DNA of 24,662 nt. It comes from a virus (lineage: Duplodnaviria > Caudoviricetes). How positions within the stretch are numbered: position 1 is the first letter of the stretch; each line of letters opens with the position of its first letter. Where the stretch lies: IMG/VR virus record IMGVR_UViG_3300032332_000777, positions 1 to 24,662 of that record; one strand, given 5' to 3'. A program made the position numbers and the translations under genes. The notes beneath the pieces are model-generated. The model made no database searches. It had not been told where the DNA came from and saw only the letters and a list, made by a program, of their open reading frames with translations. Below are positions 24,184 to 24,662 of the stretch, piece by piece.

Positions 24184-24662
24184 TCTATAGCAAGAGCCTC
24201 ATTGTAAAGTTCAACAATAGTTTTTTCGAGCTTTTCTTTATCTAGGTTGGCAGAATTTACCTGTTCGATATATTTCTTAAAAATGCTGACGGTAGACTCA
24301 GCTTCGTTAATAATATCCTCGTCTTCAGCGACACCAAGATTAAGATGATCTTCGACGATTTGCATTTCTAACACACCATCTTTTTCAAACTGCTCTATAC
24401 ACCTGTCGAACAAATATGGATCAGTTTTATTCTTAACAATAACTTTGACGATTTTACCCTTGTAATGAGACATGTCCCATCCTTCTGATGGGGTCAGAAT
24501 AGAAGTGTCATCATACCAAAACTTATCAAACATTGTAAACTTATTTTCGATAAAAGTCAACTGTCTCGTTTCCGTATCGAAAATATGAAACCCTCTTGGG
24601 TCGGAGTAATCAGACCAAGTGAACTCAGCATGGCTACCGAGATAATGAATATTACCGCGAGA
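24180..24662 (-). CDS. gp47: Recombination nuclease subunit (gp47, Mre11/SbcD-like), 3' part only
   Basis: Frame is open to the window end: GNIHYLGSHAEFTWSDYSDPRGFHIFDTETRQLTFIEN; overlaps the gp46 start. Confidence 0.93.
   Translation of the reverse strand, partial: SRGNIHYLGSHAEFTWSDYSDPRGFHIFDTETRQLTFIENKFTMFDKFWYDDTSILTPSEGWDMSHYKGKIVKVIVKNKTDPYLFDRCIEQFEKDGVLEMQIVEDHLNLGVAEDEDIINEAESTVSIFKKYIEQVNSANLDKEKLEKTIVELYNEALAIE

Noticed and set aside
383-24190. All plus-strand ORFs in the track (e.g. 1368..1784, 2685..3137, 3076..3477, 20873..21250) and short nested minus-strand ORFs
   Set aside because: They are antisense or out-of-frame shadows of well-supported minus-strand genes, with no recognisable motifs

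Overview
Segment of a T4-like (myovirus) phage genome; essentially all real genes are on the minus strand. Reading right to left: gp47 (partial) and gp46 recombination nuclease; a ~16 kb, 22-gene accessory insert; gp45 sliding clamp, a GIY-YIG gene, gp44, gp62 and regA; then a GC-richer island of small early genes with repeated sigma70-type promoters, and a structured non-coding leader at the left edge. The insert holds (i) a PP-loop ATPase/unknown/cupin/AbrB/peptide deformylase/DenV-like block, (ii) a sugar cassette (gmd, NDP-hexose C-methyltransferase, two glycosyltransferases, FkbM-like methyltransferase) plus a MazG-like pyrophosphatase, and (iii) a translationally coupled operon: TET/JBP dioxygenase, class II glutamine amidotransferase, GT-B glycosyltransferase, amidoligase, LMW phosphatase, aGPT-PPlase/amino acid:DNA transferase, P-loop kinase, DUF3310 and a GT-A protein. 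Block (iii) is the best candidate for an undescribed system: a post-replicative thymine hypermodification pathway, several of whose enzymes end in a gp45 clamp-binding-like peptide. All family calls come from motif recognition by eye, not database searches.
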